A stretch of DNA of 63,607 bases, counting the filler, from Parasitella parasitica NRRL 2501 (lineage: Eukaryota; Fungi; Mucoromycota), in NCBI GenBank assembly GCA_025201805.1. It is 7 parts of 7 records of this genome, joined end to end, with 100 filler letters (N's around TTAATTAATTAA, not from the genome) between each part and the next. Parts side by side here need not be neighbours in the genome. Positions count along the whole stretch, not along the records: positions 1 to 20,159 come from MU619241.1; positions 20,260 to 46,083 come from MU619406.1; 5 more parts are not named here. One strand, given 5' to 3'. How positions within the stretch are numbered: the first letter of the stretch is position 1; each line of letters opens with the position of its first letter. Positions 13,868 to 27,186 of the stretch are shown one piece after another. Below the pieces are notes generated by a model, which saw only the letters and a program-made list of their open reading frames with translations, was not told the DNA's origin and did not search any database. A program made the position numbers and the translations under genes.

Positions 13868-13983
13868 TTGGAAAAAAAAAATGCATATGATATCCCCCGC
13901 CCCCTCTCTCTCTCTTTCAGCATATTAACAAAACACATTTTTTACTTCCATTCTCTTTATCTTTTAAACCATAAAAATGGGTC

Positions 13984-14798
13984 TTATGCAGCCACATCTC
14001 CTTGTTGCTGTAAGATTGTCTCCTTCAATTTTATCGATAACTTTTCCTCTTGCAATTGATGGTATCTTTTTTCCATGGACTGTAGCTCGTGGATTCGGTT
14101 TACTTGATTTACAAGCTGTTCGGTAGCTAAGGAACTATTAGTGGTTGTCTGTTTTTTTCATTATTCAGCTTACCAGACTTGAAATGCTCTTGCGATGTAC
14201 GTAAAGATGGCGATACGAACAAACCAAACCAATGCAAAGGATCGCTGCTTTTCTTGATTTTTTTCTCGTTCTTTTTCTCATCCAACTCGATGCCATCGTT
14301 ACCGTTATTAGATTTTTCTTCCACTGCAACCCATTCTGAATTTTTCTTCTTCTTGGGTTCATGAATATTTCGCTTCCTCAGTCCTTCTTTTTCATCTAGT
14401 GCTGGTTTTTGTTTGATGAGTGGTACTGTTGTCTTTGAGCGTATATTATTTTGGTCATCAATCTCGCTGCAAAGTACAGTGTTAGATGACATTTTCCTTT
14501 TCCTATCTGTTTGAACAACCTACACTTGTAAAGTGGCCTTCATACGTTCGTCGTATGAGAAGTGAGATATTGTGCGGGATCCCATGGTGTATTTTGCATG
14601 CGCCAAATCAAGGAATCCCTACCAAAAACGCTTTAACTATGATAACAAGCATATACAATCATCTATTTTTTTTTTTACTTTCTGAAATTGGCTGCCGGTT
14701 TCTTTCCATTGTTGGGTATATTCGTTCAGTTTTGTCAAATAAGATATACTGAGGCTATCCAGTTCCTCACACACAGCTTCGTATTTGTTGCCAGACAT
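13984..14798 (-). CDS. V-ATPase assembly factor Vma22/CCDC115-like
   Basis: DPLHWFGLFVSPSLRTSQEHF matches the DPLxWFGxLxPxxLRxAQxxF family motif. Multi-exon gene starting MSGNKYEAVCEELD with a coiled-coil C-terminal exon. Confidence 0.85.
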
Positions 14799-14942
14799 AT
14801 TTTAATATTGTAAAGTGAAAAGAAGAAGAAAGAGCAAGGCGCGCGTTATTGTTTATCATTATGTTTTAAGAGTGATTTTTAATTAAACTTTTGGAATCAA
14901 GCACCGTGCTCCTCACCACTAGTGGCACCAAGCGAGCATCAT

Positions 14943-15837
14943 TCAACTACCGATTGCATGCGCTTTTCCCTCTCCTGCTTCTTGTTCTTCTTCTTCCTGC
15001 TCGTCTTGATCTTCTTCCTGCTCATCACTCTCTTTATTTGTTCTGTTCATAACAAAGTAATGTGTGATTTGCAGCCCAATGATTCCTAAAATAAAAAATG
15101 CGGGCAGTCAATGAGTACATTTATGGATTAAAATGATCTGTGAAAATCACCTGTTATTGCTAACACGATGATAAAATGGGCTGCAGCTATATTTTTCAAG
15201 GACGTCGTGATGTCGTTTACGTCTGCTGACTCACTGACTATGGTTATCGCTAAATATTCCCGTATTAACATGCAATATCCCAACATTTTTGTATATCTGC
15301 ATACATGCCTGGCTTCACTGACGAAAGATATGTAGTTGCTCCAAATAGCATCAACACTACAGCACGAATTACGGTAAATATTACTGGTATCAGTAGTGCT
15401 AGTTTGATATTACCTAATGAGGCACCGTCGAATAGTAAGTTTCCATCCGTCATTGTTAACAAACCTGTAGCAAAACCGGTTGCTGCAATACATAAATTAA
15501 CAATTGGCACATATTTCAAAATATTTGGAATATGCCCTTGATTAGCATAATAAAACTGGATGGCACATGAGGTTTAGTAAAAATACTGAAATGCATCTCT
15601 ATATTTACTGTTGCTCGGGTAATTGCTTTTGGGTATTCGGCTGGATTTGCCCACAGCATGTAGTAGTCGAAAGCCCAGTCTGACCAATATGTCTAAAAAT
15701 GCATGAACATGAAAGTTAGATCCACACGATTCCATGATGAAATAGTTCCCGGCATAATCACTCCATACACCATAGCTAAAGAAACAAGAGCATAGTATTA
15801 GGGCTACTTTTGCTGTTTGAAAATATTCTCTGTCCAT
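14943..15837 (-). CDS. SHR3: ER membrane chaperone for amino-acid permeases, Shr3-like
   Basis: Spliced product with ...DWAFDYYMLW..., NLLFDGASL|VLMLFG, four hydrophobic segments and an acidic C-terminal tail; stop TGA at 14943-14945. Confidence 0.75.
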
Positions 15838-16120
15838 CTTGTGAATGTGAGTGTGTGTGTGTGTGTGAGAGAACAAAGAGAGGCATCAAGAGGCAGAAAT
15901 TCAACTCGCCCAATAAATGGTAGATCATATGACATCATGTGGAGAGATCGGCGGGACAAGATTATGTCAGAATAGATCTTGCTTTTTGTTTTCCCATTTT
16001 CTGTTTTAAGATTCATTCTGTTTTAGATAACTTTTTTTTTTTTTGGCTCATTATGAAAAACGGGGGCTGGCCTCTTTCAAATTGTTTTTTTCTTTTTTCT
16101 ACTTTCTACAATTTCCAAAC

Positions 16121-19100
16121 ATGAATGAAAATCCAAAAAGACGACGACCTGAAAATGCAGATCATTCATCTGATCCAGTGTTATCTTCACTATCAACGTC
16201 TCCCGAGTCATACTTTACAGAGGGAGCTTATTCTCGGCAAACACTCACACATCAGCCAAATCCAGAATTGGAAAGATCTTCGCCAGGAATAAGTGAGATC
16301 GACGTTATTTTAGACGATGGAACAATACAAAAGCGAGCCGTCTCGTTATCAACATTATCAGATGAAGAGAGTCAGCAACAGTGCAGACCAGATAGTCCAA
16401 GAAAACGTAGACGTAACAGGTAAATGTTATTCTTGCAAGTGATTTCAAATTCTGAATTTTTTTCCCATTGTTCTGTAGTTCAGTTGACATAAATCATCTT
16501 ATAAGTGATACAACGCCGTTATTAAAATCTCGCAAGGTCGCCTATCAGAATTATGAACACTATCAAGGATATGCTTCCTCATCCTGCGGCGATTCCTCCA
16601 CTTCAGACGATGACTCGGACGAGCCCTTTTTCCCTGTTCAAACAACTTCTTCAAAACGCAGATCACATCATGTCATCGAAGATGATGAAAACTCTGCTGG
16701 TTTCGCAAGGCAAACTTATTCAACCATCCGCAGCCTTTGGGCCGCTTGTAAATTCACTCCTCGTCAACGACTTGTCCTCAAATGCAGCTTTGCTTACTTT
16801 CTAGGCTCACTATTTACATTTGTACCCGCTCTCAATGCGCTCATTGGCAACAATCATGTGTCTAGTCATTTAGTCGCTACTGCAACCGTTTTCTTTAATC
16901 CAGCCAAATCTCTAGGCGGTATGGTAGAGGCTGCTGCTTATGGCTGGGGATATGTGTTCTTTGCTGTATGTGTTTGTCTGGGATCGATGGTTACTGCAGA
17001 TTTCTTTGTCGATCGAGATCATTATTTGGTAGCACATTCAATTTCATTGTTTTTTTGGTTATCTGGTGCCACGTTCATTGTCTCTTTCCTCAAAGCGCAT
17101 TGGAACAAACCTCCTGTATCCAGTGCATCTAGTCTATGCTTCATTACCATATTTATCATCATCGTCCGGGAAGGCTCTTTTAATCGTGGTGATTTCGATA
17201 CAACCCGCATTCAGCAGATCACAACAGCTGTGGCTACGGGCACTTTGATTACAGTTGCTTGCTGTGTTATTTTCTGGCCTATATCTGCTGCCAAAAAGCT
17301 CAAAAAAGATCTTGACGCAACATTGGCCTCCTATCGTATACTTCTCAAGCTGCTTACAAAGACGTTTCTACTGGATGACGACCTCCCAGAATTCAGAGCA
17401 AATCGTATTCTGCAGACAGCCATTGAATCACATCAAGCTAGTTTTACAGCACTTCAAAAATCATTAAAAGAGGCAAGGTTAGAAACTGTATGGAATAGTG
17501 AAGTACGTGGTCGAGGGCCAGAATACGATGCTGTCATTAAAAGCATGCAACGACTTGCTCAGCATATGGGGGGTTTACGAAGTAGTTGTGGCATTCAATT
17601 CGAAGTTATGGGCAGCGAAGCAACAAAAAAATACAAAGAAATGTCGCGCAAACGAAAAAAAGAGAAGGCTAAGCAAAAGGGTCCGTTTTCAGCTGCATCT
17701 GCTGCAATTTTCGGCACCAAAAACAATTCATTCACCGGTGAAAGACGACGCAGTTCTATCAAGAAATCCCAATCGCTTGCCCCTGAAGCCGTCAATGATA
17801 CAAATTGGAATGTCAGAGCAGGTTACCGTCGTAGAAAATTGCAGGATGAAATACGTAAGCACCGTTCATCTTTGTCTAGGTCCGATGATCAATTCAACGA
17901 CTATCAGCAAAACAATAAGCCATCAACATCGTTCTCTGAAACTGCATCTTTCAATGACACGACTCCTCTTGAAACAACTAAAGACGATAGTGCTTCCCTG
18001 ATCAACTTTATTCAAACTATACGTCCCCCACTGAAATCCTTTGCCTTTACCTGTAAACGAACATTATTCCATTTGCAAACAAGTTTTTCCACTTCCAATT
18101 CAACCCTCAAATGGCTCCCTCGCATGGGTTGTAGACGTAATCCTTCTTTCGCTGTATTAAAAGCCAATTTGAAGAAGGCTATCATCTTGTTCGAAACCGC
18201 TCAAAAGCAAGCTATACAAACACTGTACCAATCTCGCGTTGATTATATTGCTAGCTCAACTCCAGAGAACGCTAATGTTGAATCCGAAGCTATAGGATGT
18301 GTATTAGGTGAAGAAGTCATTTTAGTTTATTTTTACGTTTTCAACATGATTGAATTCGCTCGTGAATTAATTACTTTGGTCGATGCTGTCGAAAAACTGA
18401 ATGAAGCTGGTAAGAGAAAAGTGGGTGTCTGGGCTTCTATCAAAAACAGTTGGAATGCCAGAAAGGACCGCAGTAGCATCAAAGACATTGGCAAGCAACA
18501 ACATTACCATCACCTTTATATTACGCCATTTGTGCCCAACCAACGCAACACATTCAATACATTACATACACCAGAACCTAAAACTAAATGGAGACGCTTC
18601 TTCATTCGCTTATGGCAAGCATTCTCTCTTTTCAAATCACAAAAGATCCGTTACGCTATCAAATCTACTGTTGCCACCATCATCTTAGCCTTGCCGGCAT
18701 TTTTGGAACCTTCAAAAGACTTTTTTCGTACCTACCGCATGGAATGGGCTTTGATTACATTGATGGTTGTCATGACACCTACTGTAGGCGGCACCAACCT
18801 TGTAGCTATATACCGTGTTTTCTCTACTGTTTTAGGCTGTTATGTTGCTATGGCATTCTATATGATGTTCCCTGGGAATGCTTATGTTTTACCTATCCTG
18901 ACATGGATGTTCTCTATTCCCAACTTTTACCTCATCTTGAACCATAAGCATGGTAAATTTGGTCAGTTCACTTTATTGGCATACAACTTGGTGATGCTTA
19001 ACAAATACAATGATCGTGATACCAACGAAGTTGAAGTATGGGTATTAGCGAATAGACGTTGCTTTGCCATCTTGGTAGGCGTCGTCCTTGGTTTGGTGGT

Positions 19101-19994
19101 AACTGCTTATATATGGCCTTACGAGGCACGTGTAGAACTTCGAAAGGGGCTGTCTGACTTCTTGCTGCGTCTAGCTTGGTTGTATCAGAAATTGGTCTCT
19201 ATTTATGCTGATTATCCTCTCAAAAATCGTGGTATTGGTTTTCAGCATCAACACCAACAGTATCCTATCAATTTTATGGAAGTTGGACCAGATGCTTCTG
19301 AGACTCAAGTGCTGACATTCGAGGCCCAACGTCGCATAGCGACTCAATCGTTTATGGATTTGGAATTAGGTCTACAGCGTGCATTGCTAGATCTTCAAGC
19401 ATTATTATCACAAACTCCCAATGAACCACGCCTTAAGGGTTCTTTTCCATTAGACACATACCGTACCATGCTGACTTCATGTCAGAATATTGTAGATAGG
19501 TTTGTATCTATGAGAACTGTTATGCTTAGAGATGCTTGGTACGATGAAATCCAGCATAATTTTATGACAACTGTTGCTCATGAACGTAAAGAGATGGTTG
19601 GAAACGTGTTGCTTTATTTTTACCTTCTGGCTTCTGCTCTGCGATTGAAAACCCCAATGCCTCCCTACTTCCCTCCCGCCCGTAAAGCTTGGAAATCTCT
19701 CTTGGATCAACTATGCGAAATGCCCATTGCAAAATCTAAAAAGTTATTGGAGCAAGATAATGTATACGTATTTTATTATGCATACGTTACATTAATGGAA
19801 GATATCATTCGAGAACTGGATAAGGTAATAATTTTCATAAATGCGATCGACTCAATGACTTATCAACACTAAAATATTCCATTTTTCTTTTCTTTTAGCT
19901 GGGGAATAACATGACTCTATTGTTTGGTTCCATTGTGCCTCAAGATCAATGGGAGCTTTTATTTGATGAAGAAGAACAGTTGTCCACTAATTGA
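16121..19994 (+). CDS. FUSC / ArAE (aromatic acid exporter, ALMT-related) family membrane protein
   Basis: Two hydrophobic clusters, each followed by a helical domain; YAIK...EWALIT...MTPTVGGTN...R...T motif and WPYEARVELR. Introns 16420-16478 and 19825-19898. Confidence 0.85.
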
Positions 19995-20574
19995 ATCACA
20001 TGCCATATAAATAAAAAAAACATTTCATAAAATAAGGCTATAAAAAGAATTACAAATCATGAATATCAATATCAGATATTTGCTCATAACTTGTGCTAAA
20101 ATCACCCTAGAACCGAGACCTAACTTGGAAAACTTAGCATTGACTTGGCGCTATCTGGCNNNNNNNNNNNNNNNNNNNNNNNNNNNNNNNNNNNNNNNNN
20201 NNNTTAATTAATTAANNNNNNNNNNNNNNNNNNNNNNNNNNNNNNNNNNNNNNNNNNNNATACAAAGCTTTCGAAGTACTACTTGTCAATCTACTTTTCT
20301 ATCTATTTACCAACTCAATTAATCAACAAACCTGATTGATTTTTTCGATCGCGATACTGATGTATATCATGCTTTTTTTTTCTTTTTTGGCAAGAGCACC
20401 CATTTTGGCGTTGGGTATAACAATAATAGAAAAACAAGATAACATATTCAATTCATTTTTAGACCTGAGCAGAATTATTTCAGCTATTACTTAAAGGCCT
20501 TGTTAGCCAAGTAAAAATTGTACACGACTTTGGCACTTAGATCATAAAGTACTAGAATATGATACAAGTTCTAT

Positions 20575-20774
20575 AAAAGGTTGCTGTTTTCAGGGCTGCG
20601 CCCTTAAATTGAACCAAGAAAAAAACTCTTTGAATCTGTTCGGTATAGTTCCACAGTTGTGTTCGTGTCTCGTATTCTCTTATGTGTCCCATTTTCATGT
20701 CGATGTCCCACTTTCATATTAACGTCCCATTTTCGTATTCGTGACCCATTTTCCCAACCTAGTTTCGTCAACTG
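20575..20774 (+). mobile_element. Third, diverged terminus of the CAGTTGACGAAACTAGGTTGG family, in opposite orientation
   Basis: Ends ...CCCAACCTAGTTTCGTCAACTG|TA (20774|20775-20776) with GTCCCATTTTC-type subterminal repeats; internal sequence differs from the other two copies. Left boundary is approximate. Confidence 0.75.
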
Positions 20775-20926
20775 TAATAGGAATACATACTAGTAAATCT
20801 GTGTCATGCATTCTCGTTTCCTTCAACTTCGGTGTTTTAACATACAACTGATGGTGGTGATAAAAGCCTGCCCTTTCAATTTGTTCCTATTGTTTCTTTG
20901 TATTCTAATTAAAATTTTCGAATATA

Positions 20927-22817
<1,891 letters not shown>

Positions 22818-22875
22818 GGCATTTTATCTGTCATTAAATCAAGCTATTTAGACCAAAAAAATTAATTATAATGTT

Positions 22876-24804
22876 CTAAAACGCAAATCTATGTCCTTTT
22901 CGCTGCATATAATCGTATTTCGATCGACATGCCCAATCTGAACGGCCTGAATTTAGATCGTTTGCAACAAGAGGCCATATGCTTTCACCAGATTTCAATT
23001 TCTGTAGCTTGTATTTTTGAACCACTTCAAACAATTTCACTTCTTCGTCATAAGTCCAGGCACCCTTTGTTGCATTTGGCTGCAACGAATAAAGCCATCT
23101 TGTGCGGCACTGTTTTGACGACCTTCCTTGCACCATTTTAGCAACATCAGCCCAAGAAGCGACATGCCCATGCTCATCTTCATATTTACTGACTGCAAAT
23201 TTGAGTACTTTATCTTCTTCTTCTGTCCAAACTCTGCGTTTCACATCTTGGTGGCTGTTTCGTTGAATATTCCACCATCGCATGATTTGTTCAGGAGTTC
23301 GATCTGGCAGATAAGTCATCCGAATAGCTGTCCAGTTGTGACCAAACATTTCAACACCTTCTCGAATCAGGGCCTTTTCTGAATCCGTAAGTCGTTTAAT
23401 TTTTGGTATCTGTGCTTGGGGTTCCGTAAATTGAAGCACTCGATGCCATCGATATGCACATTGCCGTTTATTACGATTTGGTATGCTTTTTATAATTATA
23501 TCCCAATCAGAGGTTCCATGTTTGGCAATCAATGCAAAGAGCAGGTTATCTTCTTCTTCTGTCCATTTGCCTTTCTTGAGATTTTTGACAGAGAGATGCT
23601 CTTCATATTGATACTTACATTGGCGAGCATCTCTTGCTGGAAACTGCTTGGAAATCTTTTTCCAGTCACCTTGATTCAAGACCTCCTTCTTGCTCAGTTG
23701 CTTATTAACCACCAGTTCTAGTGTTGATAACTCTTGTTTGCTCCAAGGGCCTGATTGATGTAAATCGATGCTATGGTTTGACGATTCTCGCACGGTATTT
23801 CCACGAACCAGCCATCCACATACTATTTTCCCAACTCGTGCTCTCCATGCAGGTCCATTTTCCGCCTTGTCTCTCTTAATCTGGTCTCCATACAACAAAA
23901 CAAACTCCTTATCGTACCGCACAGTCGACCAAAATTTTCGACAGCAAATCAAGCGATTTCTCCCAGGCAGTCCCTCTGCTACCTTGACAAAATCACCACC
24001 ACACTGATGAACCCGCTCCCAGAACAATCTGGTTTCTTCGTCTGACCAAGGGTCTTTGTTCATGCCAGGATCTAATTCATTCAGCCAAACCTGGCTGCAC
24101 TGCTCTGGTGTCCGTTCGCTTATGCCTTCAGCTACTTTGTTCCAATCTTGACCAAAAGCAATCGTGCGTCGCAATAACAAGTCTAGCTCATGCTCCGTCC
24201 ATTTATCTTTTTTGATGGAGGGGTCTAGTTTGGATCGATAGTGATTTCGTATTTGAACTCGAGTGCGCCAAGGTAGATATTCGGATGCTATTTTGGCCCA
24301 TGAAGATGGCCCAAAGTCTGCAATGCCCTTTAAAACAAGCTCGTCTTCCTCTGCAGTCCATTTCCTACTTGTGAAAGTCCTGGCTTCAGTCAAAGGAGAT
24401 CTGCTAGACCATTCATTGGCAATGCGTCGTGGTGATCGGTGCGGCAAATAATCTTTGCTGATGGCGACCCAATTTCCCTTGCCCAAAGCATCTACGCCTT
24501 GCTGTAATAAATCCTTCTCAGCTTTACTAAAGGGGCCTTGTTTGATGCTCGGGTCAAGCACATCCGTCCATCGCAGTTGACATTGATTTGGTGTTCGAGT
24601 CGGTAAACAATGCTGTACGAATTCGTTCCATTTTTTGCCATTGTGCTTTACGTAATTTCGTAGCAATGTGTCTTCCCAGGGTAACCATTTGTTAGATCTT
24701 TGGGATAGAAAACGTCGATATACTGTAGGCTGAAAAGCAGCATGCGTCAATGTTGGCACATTGGCTGATAAAGAGGTAAATTTGCGAATCAAGGTAGCAA
24801 GCAT
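22876..24804 (-). CDS. Protein of ten tandem Myb/SANT repeats with a presequence-like N-terminus
   Basis: Intronless ORF, first ATG at 24804 (MLATLIRKF...). Ten W(T/S)xxEDxxL...W...LPxR...C..RW units can be counted. Confidence 0.9.
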   Translation of the reverse strand: MLATLIRKFTSLSANVPTLTHAAFQPTVYRRFLSQRSNKWLPWEDTLLRNYVKHNGKKWNEFVQHCLPTRTPNQCQLRWTDVLDPSIKQGPFSKAEKDLLQQGVDALGKGNWVAISKDYLPHRSPRRIANEWSSRSPLTEARTFTSRKWTAEEDELVLKGIADFGPSSWAKIASEYLPWRTRVQIRNHYRSKLDPSIKKDKWTEHELDLLLRRTIAFGQDWNKVAEGISERTPEQCSQVWLNELDPGMNKDPWSDEETRLFWERVHQCGGDFVKVAEGLPGRNRLICCRKFWSTVRYDKEFVLLYGDQIKRDKAENGPAWRARVGKIVCGWLVRGNTVRESSNHSIDLHQSGPWSKQELSTLELVVNKQLSKKEVLNQGDWKKISKQFPARDARQCKYQYEEHLSVKNLKKGKWTEEEDNLLFALIAKHGTSDWDIIIKSIPNRNKRQCAYRWHRVLQFTEPQAQIPKIKRLTDSEKALIREGVEMFGHNWTAIRMTYLPDRTPEQIMRWWNIQRNSHQDVKRRVWTEEEDKVLKFAVSKYEDEHGHVASWADVAKMVQGRSSKQCRTRWLYSLQPNATKGAWTYDEEVKLFEVVQKYKLQKLKSGESIWPLVANDLNSGRSDWACRSKYDYMQRKGHRFAF

Positions 24805-24927
24805 AGCATTTCTGTTGGAAAAAAAGCAGGGTGTGCCCTTTGTTGGCAGCTTGCATGTACCGTCACGTTGAGGGTAATCATGAGTCGTTTCATTACATGA
24901 ACGTCGCTCAACTTCTTCATTTGCAAC

Positions 24928-26341
24928 ATGTTTCAACAGTTCAAAAGCATATTCCCCAATGCATCACTAAACATACGTTCCATATCCGAATCTGTTGGGT
25001 AAATTCAAAGCAAAAAAAGCACACAAATTTAGTCCAGATTACTAAAGATATTGTAGAATAAACGATACCGAATGGAACCGTGGAGTAGAAAGGTAGGAAT
25101 CTAGCGCTTGACCTCGCCTGTAGTGTATAGTGGTTGTAAATTAACCACACAGCGTATCTAACGTAGATTAGGAGCACTTCGGAATGAGTTTCAGAACCTC
25201 AACTCGATATTTCTGAATCGCCAAAATCCGAGGTATGGGTAAATGGAAAGAGGCATATCGTTCCAGCTTATTTGACACGGCACTCTAGTGATACACTCTC
25301 GAACCATTCGCCTGCAAGCGAAACAGAGCCGTCTATATCAGTTAAAGAGTTAAAAGCTACAGGGCAGATGATCCATGCATTGCAAGAAGGTTGGGATAGT
25401 ATCCATTTGGGGAACCAAAGCAATTTTGAAAAAGCCCGAGTAAGTCGAGTTGGAGCAACAGCATTGCGTTGACATTGACCATATATAAGGTTGTAGATGT
25501 AAAGTTACGGCAATTGCAAGAAGCAGGAGACCTTCATTACAAAGCTTGCGAGGCTATGGAGAATGCCGACAACGAAATCAGGGAAATACATTCAAATTTA
25601 TCGGCAATACAGTCATCAGCAGGTAAACACTATCCTTTCTTCTCGCGCGGCTAAAACTTATGTGCGCTGGTTTCTAGTCAGTTTAATGAGTATACTGGAA
25701 AAAATTGAAGAGAAGATTGATCAAGTATCAATATATTACGAAAAAAATCAGTTTGAATGGTGGAAACAAGAGCAAGAAAAGGAGTTGATGGATGAAATTG
25801 CGAATAGAAGGTACGCATGTAAAAACAGCGGGTCATTTAGAGTGTAACCGTTTTGTGAATTATATGCAGACAATTGCTGCGGGAAAAGGACACCAAGTTG
25901 AAACAACAATACGAAGAACACGATAGTATACAACAGCGGAAACGAGTCGAGCTCTATGAGGCCAACTTCAATGCAGAGCTAGAGGATTACAGAAGGAGAC
26001 GAGAAACCGAAGTATCCTCTCTTTACTCTTGTACGTGTATCTATGATTATTGATTATAGAAATCTAATGATCTGTCAGCAATAGACCAAAGCAATACCGA
26101 TAGAATAACGACGTCTCTCGATCAAGTCAAACTGCAGGATACAAGAGAAGATCTTGATCAGTTTCTGGGCAATACTACCTCGCCGGCACTATTAGATAAA
26201 ACCACTAAAAGAAATAAGATCAGAGACAGATCAAATCCCAAGTCTAAACCAAAACCAGAACCCGTCTTTTCTTCAGAGGATGATGACGATAATGGTGGTA
26301 AAATTGAAATACTAGCAGACGAAGATTATGAAGATTTATAA
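24928..26341 (+). CDS. Dysbindin-like coiled-coil protein (candidate BLOC-1 subunit)
   Basis: Exons joined by eye from the ATG at 24928 (MFQQFKSIF...). Segments GQMIHALQEGWDSIH, RKRVELYEANFNAELEDY and SLDQVKLQDTREDLDQFL parallel dysbindin motifs in the same order; acidic tail. Confidence 0.65.
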
Positions 26342-26484
26342 ACATTTACATGTATATTTGTTGTTTATTAAAAAAAATGAATTAACTAATAATATTTTTA
26401 GAGACATTTACACATTGATAGACAGAGGGTCAAGAGAGAGGGAGAGGGAAGTGGTTGGTTGGAAGCATATACAAGTCTAGAATA

Positions 26485-27145
26485 TCAAGAGGGAGGTTGC
26501 TGTTGCTGTTGCTGTTGCTGTGGTGGCGACTGCTGCTGCTGTTGCTGCTGCTGTTGCTGTTGCTGCTGCTGTTGCTGGAATTGCAGAGCTTGTAATCTTT
26601 GCAACTGCTGTTGTGCTAATAACGCAGCTTGCAAGTTTTGTACATTATTAGCAGGAGTTTGTTGCTGTTGATTAATGGCAGGGCTCGCTGGAGCTGTGGC
26701 AGTGGTAGTTGTTCCATTTCCAGCAGCAGCAGCAACGGCGGCGGCATTTCTCATTTGTAATTGAGCTAAATAGCGCTGCAGTTGGAGCTGTTGTGTGGCT
26801 GGTAATTGAGAGATAGGATACCCAATTTGTGCTAACTGAGCAGCAAACATTAACGGGTTTGCTTGTACTTGTGCTGCAATGGCTGCTTGTTGTTGAGCTT
26901 GTGATTGAGGAGATGAGGATTGAGGTTGCGCAGTGGGTCTTGCCGCTTGGGGGCTGGATTGTGCAACTGCAGGTGATGCCATTTGAGAAACTTGCTGAGC
27001 CACTGTTTCTGCAGATGGTGAATGTGTATGTAATTCTATTTATCATGTGAGTATACCTAATTAACTTGTAAATGACAACTTACGTGCTTGTTGCTGTTGT
27101 TGCTGTTGCTGTTGGGCTGCTACTAATTGAGCTTGAGCTTGGACT

Positions 27146-27186
<41 letters not shown>

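Noticed and set aside
9840-19994. Apparent vacuole/amino-acid-transport cluster (AVT, Vma22, Shr3, FUSC)
   Set aside because: Unrelated housekeeping genes with no shared motif seen; chance adjacency cannot be excluded.
20160-20259. Recurring N44-TTAATTAATTAA-N44 motif (also at 46084, 53843, 55242, 57034 and 62270)
   Set aside because: Artificial scaffolding spacer with stops in all six frames, not biological. Adjacency across these gaps is uncertain.
24805-24936. 44-aa N-terminal extension of the Myb ORF in the ORF track
   Set aside because: Starts at a non-ATG codon and overlaps the divergent gene's start; the ATG at 24804 is preferred.
26459-26671. Cys-rich, metallothionein-looking ORF
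   Set aside because: Antisense reading of EAF1 poly-Gln CAG/CAA codons.
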